Both the position numbers and the translations under genes were made by a program. A stretch of 64,000 bases of DNA from assembly GCA_044226545.1 (NCBI GenBank), contig JBGAGW010000003.1, positions 431,823-495,822 of the forward strand. The letters are read 5' to 3'. Each line of letters starts with the position of its first letter. The first letter of the stretch is position 1. Positions 62,965 through 64,000 of this stretch are shown here, piece after piece. Below the pieces are notes generated by a model. It was not told where the DNA came from. It did not search any database and saw only the letters and a list, made by a program, of their open reading frames with translations. The DNA comes from Limisphaerales bacterium. Its GTDB lineage: Bacteria; Verrucomicrobiota; Verrucomicrobiia; Limisphaerales; SXQI01.

Positions 62965-62993
62965 CCGCCCCTGCTCTGTGCGAACAGGGGCGG
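62965..62993. terminator. Hairpin between convergent genes (possible bidirectional terminator, no U-run)
   Basis: CCGCCCCTG (62965-62973) pairs with CAGGGGCGG (62985-62993), giving a 9-bp stem and an 11-nt loop. Confidence 0.4.
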
Positions 62994-63020
62994 CTCCCGA
63001 AACTACCCTGCAATCAACTT

Positions 63021-64000
63021 TTAGGCCGCGCCATGATAAGCTTCTTCCCCGTGTTCGGCGAGATCCAGACCGAGCGTTTCGACTTCCTCGCTCGCGCGCA
63101 GGCCGATCACCATCTTGACTACGAACGCGATGACCAGCGTGCCGACGATTGCCAGAACAAGGGTCACCCCAATCGCCTTGACCTGTTCCATCCAGAGACC
63201 GCCGTTCGCGACGAGATTCGCGAGCCCGTTTTGTTTGGCGTAGCTGTTCGCGTCGGTCAGGTTGCCGTTGACCGCGTTGGTCGCGAGGAAACCGGTGAGC
63301 AGCGCGCCCATCGTTCCACCGACCGCGTGCACGCCGAACGTATCCAGCGCATCATCATAACCGAACATCTGCTTGACCTTCGTGCAGAAGATGTAAGGGA
63401 CCACCGCCGCAAACACACCGATGATCACCGCACCGGTGGCATTGATGAATCCGCAAGCGGGAGTCACAACCACCAACCCGGCCACTGCACCGGAGCAGAA
63501 ACCGAGGATACTTGGCTTGCCCTTGAAGATATATTCCATCAGCGGCCAGACGAAACAGGCAACAGCCGTGGCAATCGTCGTGGTCATGAACGCATTCGCC
63601 GCCACACCGTCAGCAGCCACAGCGCTACCTGCGTTAAATCCGTACCATCCAACCCAGAGCATTCCGGTGCCAACCATACAAAGCACCATGCTATGCGGCG
63701 GCATCGGTTCCTTGCCGAACCCGAGACGTTTGCCAAGGAGCATACAGAGAATCAGTGCCGACCAACCCGAAGACATATGTACCACCGTGCCGCCCGCGAA
63801 ATCAATCGCTTTGATCTTCGCATCGCCGTTCCAGACGCCGTTCATCAAACCGGTCGAACCCCACACCATGTGCGCGAGCGGGAAATAAACCACGAACATC
63901 CACAACGCGATGAACAGCATGATGGCCGAGAACTTCATGCGTTCCGCGATCGCACCCACAATGAGCGCCGGAGTGATGATCGCGAACATCATCTGGTACA
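63021..64000 (-). CDS. amtB: Ammonium transporter (Amt family), C-terminal ~325 aa; the 5' end lies beyond the window
   Basis: The call rests on AIDFAGGTVVHMSSGWSALILCMLLGKR, WYGFNAGS, and FGVHAVGGTMGALLTG. The ORF is open through nt 64000. Confidence 0.95.
   Translation of the reverse strand, partial: YQMMFAIITPALIVGAIAERMKFSAIMLFIALWMFVVYFPLAHMVWGSTGLMNGVWNGDAKIKAIDFAGGTVVHMSSGWSALILCMLLGKRLGFGKEPMPPHSMVLCMVGTGMLWVGWYGFNAGSAVAADGVAANAFMTTTIATAVACFVWPLMEYIFKGKPSILGFCSGAVAGLVVVTPACGFINATGAVIIGVFAAVVPYIFCTKVKQMFGYDDALDTFGVHAVGGTMGALLTGFLATNAVNGNLTDANSYAKQNGLANLVANGGLWMEQVKAIGVTLVLAIVGTLVIAFVVKMVIGLRASEEVETLGLDLAEHGEEAYHGAA

Noticed and set aside
1-64000. Search by eye for CRISPR arrays, tRNA/rRNA genes, IS elements, integrases, prophage or defence-system genes
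   Set aside because: I saw no regularly spaced identical repeats of 25-40 nt, no T-arm-like GTTCGAATC/GTTCAAATC signatures in intergenic regions, and no transposase, integrase or phage-like translations. A tRNAscan, Infernal and CRISPR-finder run would be needed to be certain.

Overview
This is a gene-dense 64-kb chromosomal segment with roughly 58 protein-coding genes on both strands. Many neighbouring genes overlap by 4-8 nt at start/stop, and several convergent gene pairs have no spacer at all. The gene content points to a PVC-superphylum bacterium, most likely Verrucomicrobiota-like. The evidence is a Tat-signal DUF1501 protein, a Pirellula/Verrucomicrobium-type CxxCH heme-binding domain, a sulfatase plus an FGE-domain protein, a PEP-CTERM-tailed secreted protein, and an '...RFYRL' tail on a giant secreted protease. 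Most genes are housekeeping (mdh, yicC-gmk-coaC, mraZ, two lgt paralogs, moeA, rluD, deoC, recQ, amt). These are mixed with glycan and sulfated-glycan utilisation genes, transporters and a PAS histidine kinase/response regulator pair. By eye I found no rRNA, tRNA, CRISPR array, transposase or integrase. The observations most worth a second look are: (1) two tandem 36/37-codon genes at 27190-27470, one absent from the ORF track and one hidden inside a longer ORF. Each encodes a Sec-like signal peptide with an AxA site directly before an invariant NCKC core, and the pair shows excess synonymous divergence. (2) An orphan mraZ preceded by five phased GGGTA-like boxes. (3) A perfect 20-nt direct repeat bracketing a 1-kb membrane-protein cassette beside a permease-only ABC operon. 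(4) A TrhO-RluA fusion protein. (5) A bacterial protein with eukaryote-type sialyltransferase L/S/VS motifs. (6) A kexin-like S8 protease with a P-domain and a 7 x 47-aa propeller. (7) A J-domain-FGE fusion. (8) A truncated MscS remnant next to an orphan permease. All functional calls come from reading the translations for motifs; no database search was possible.
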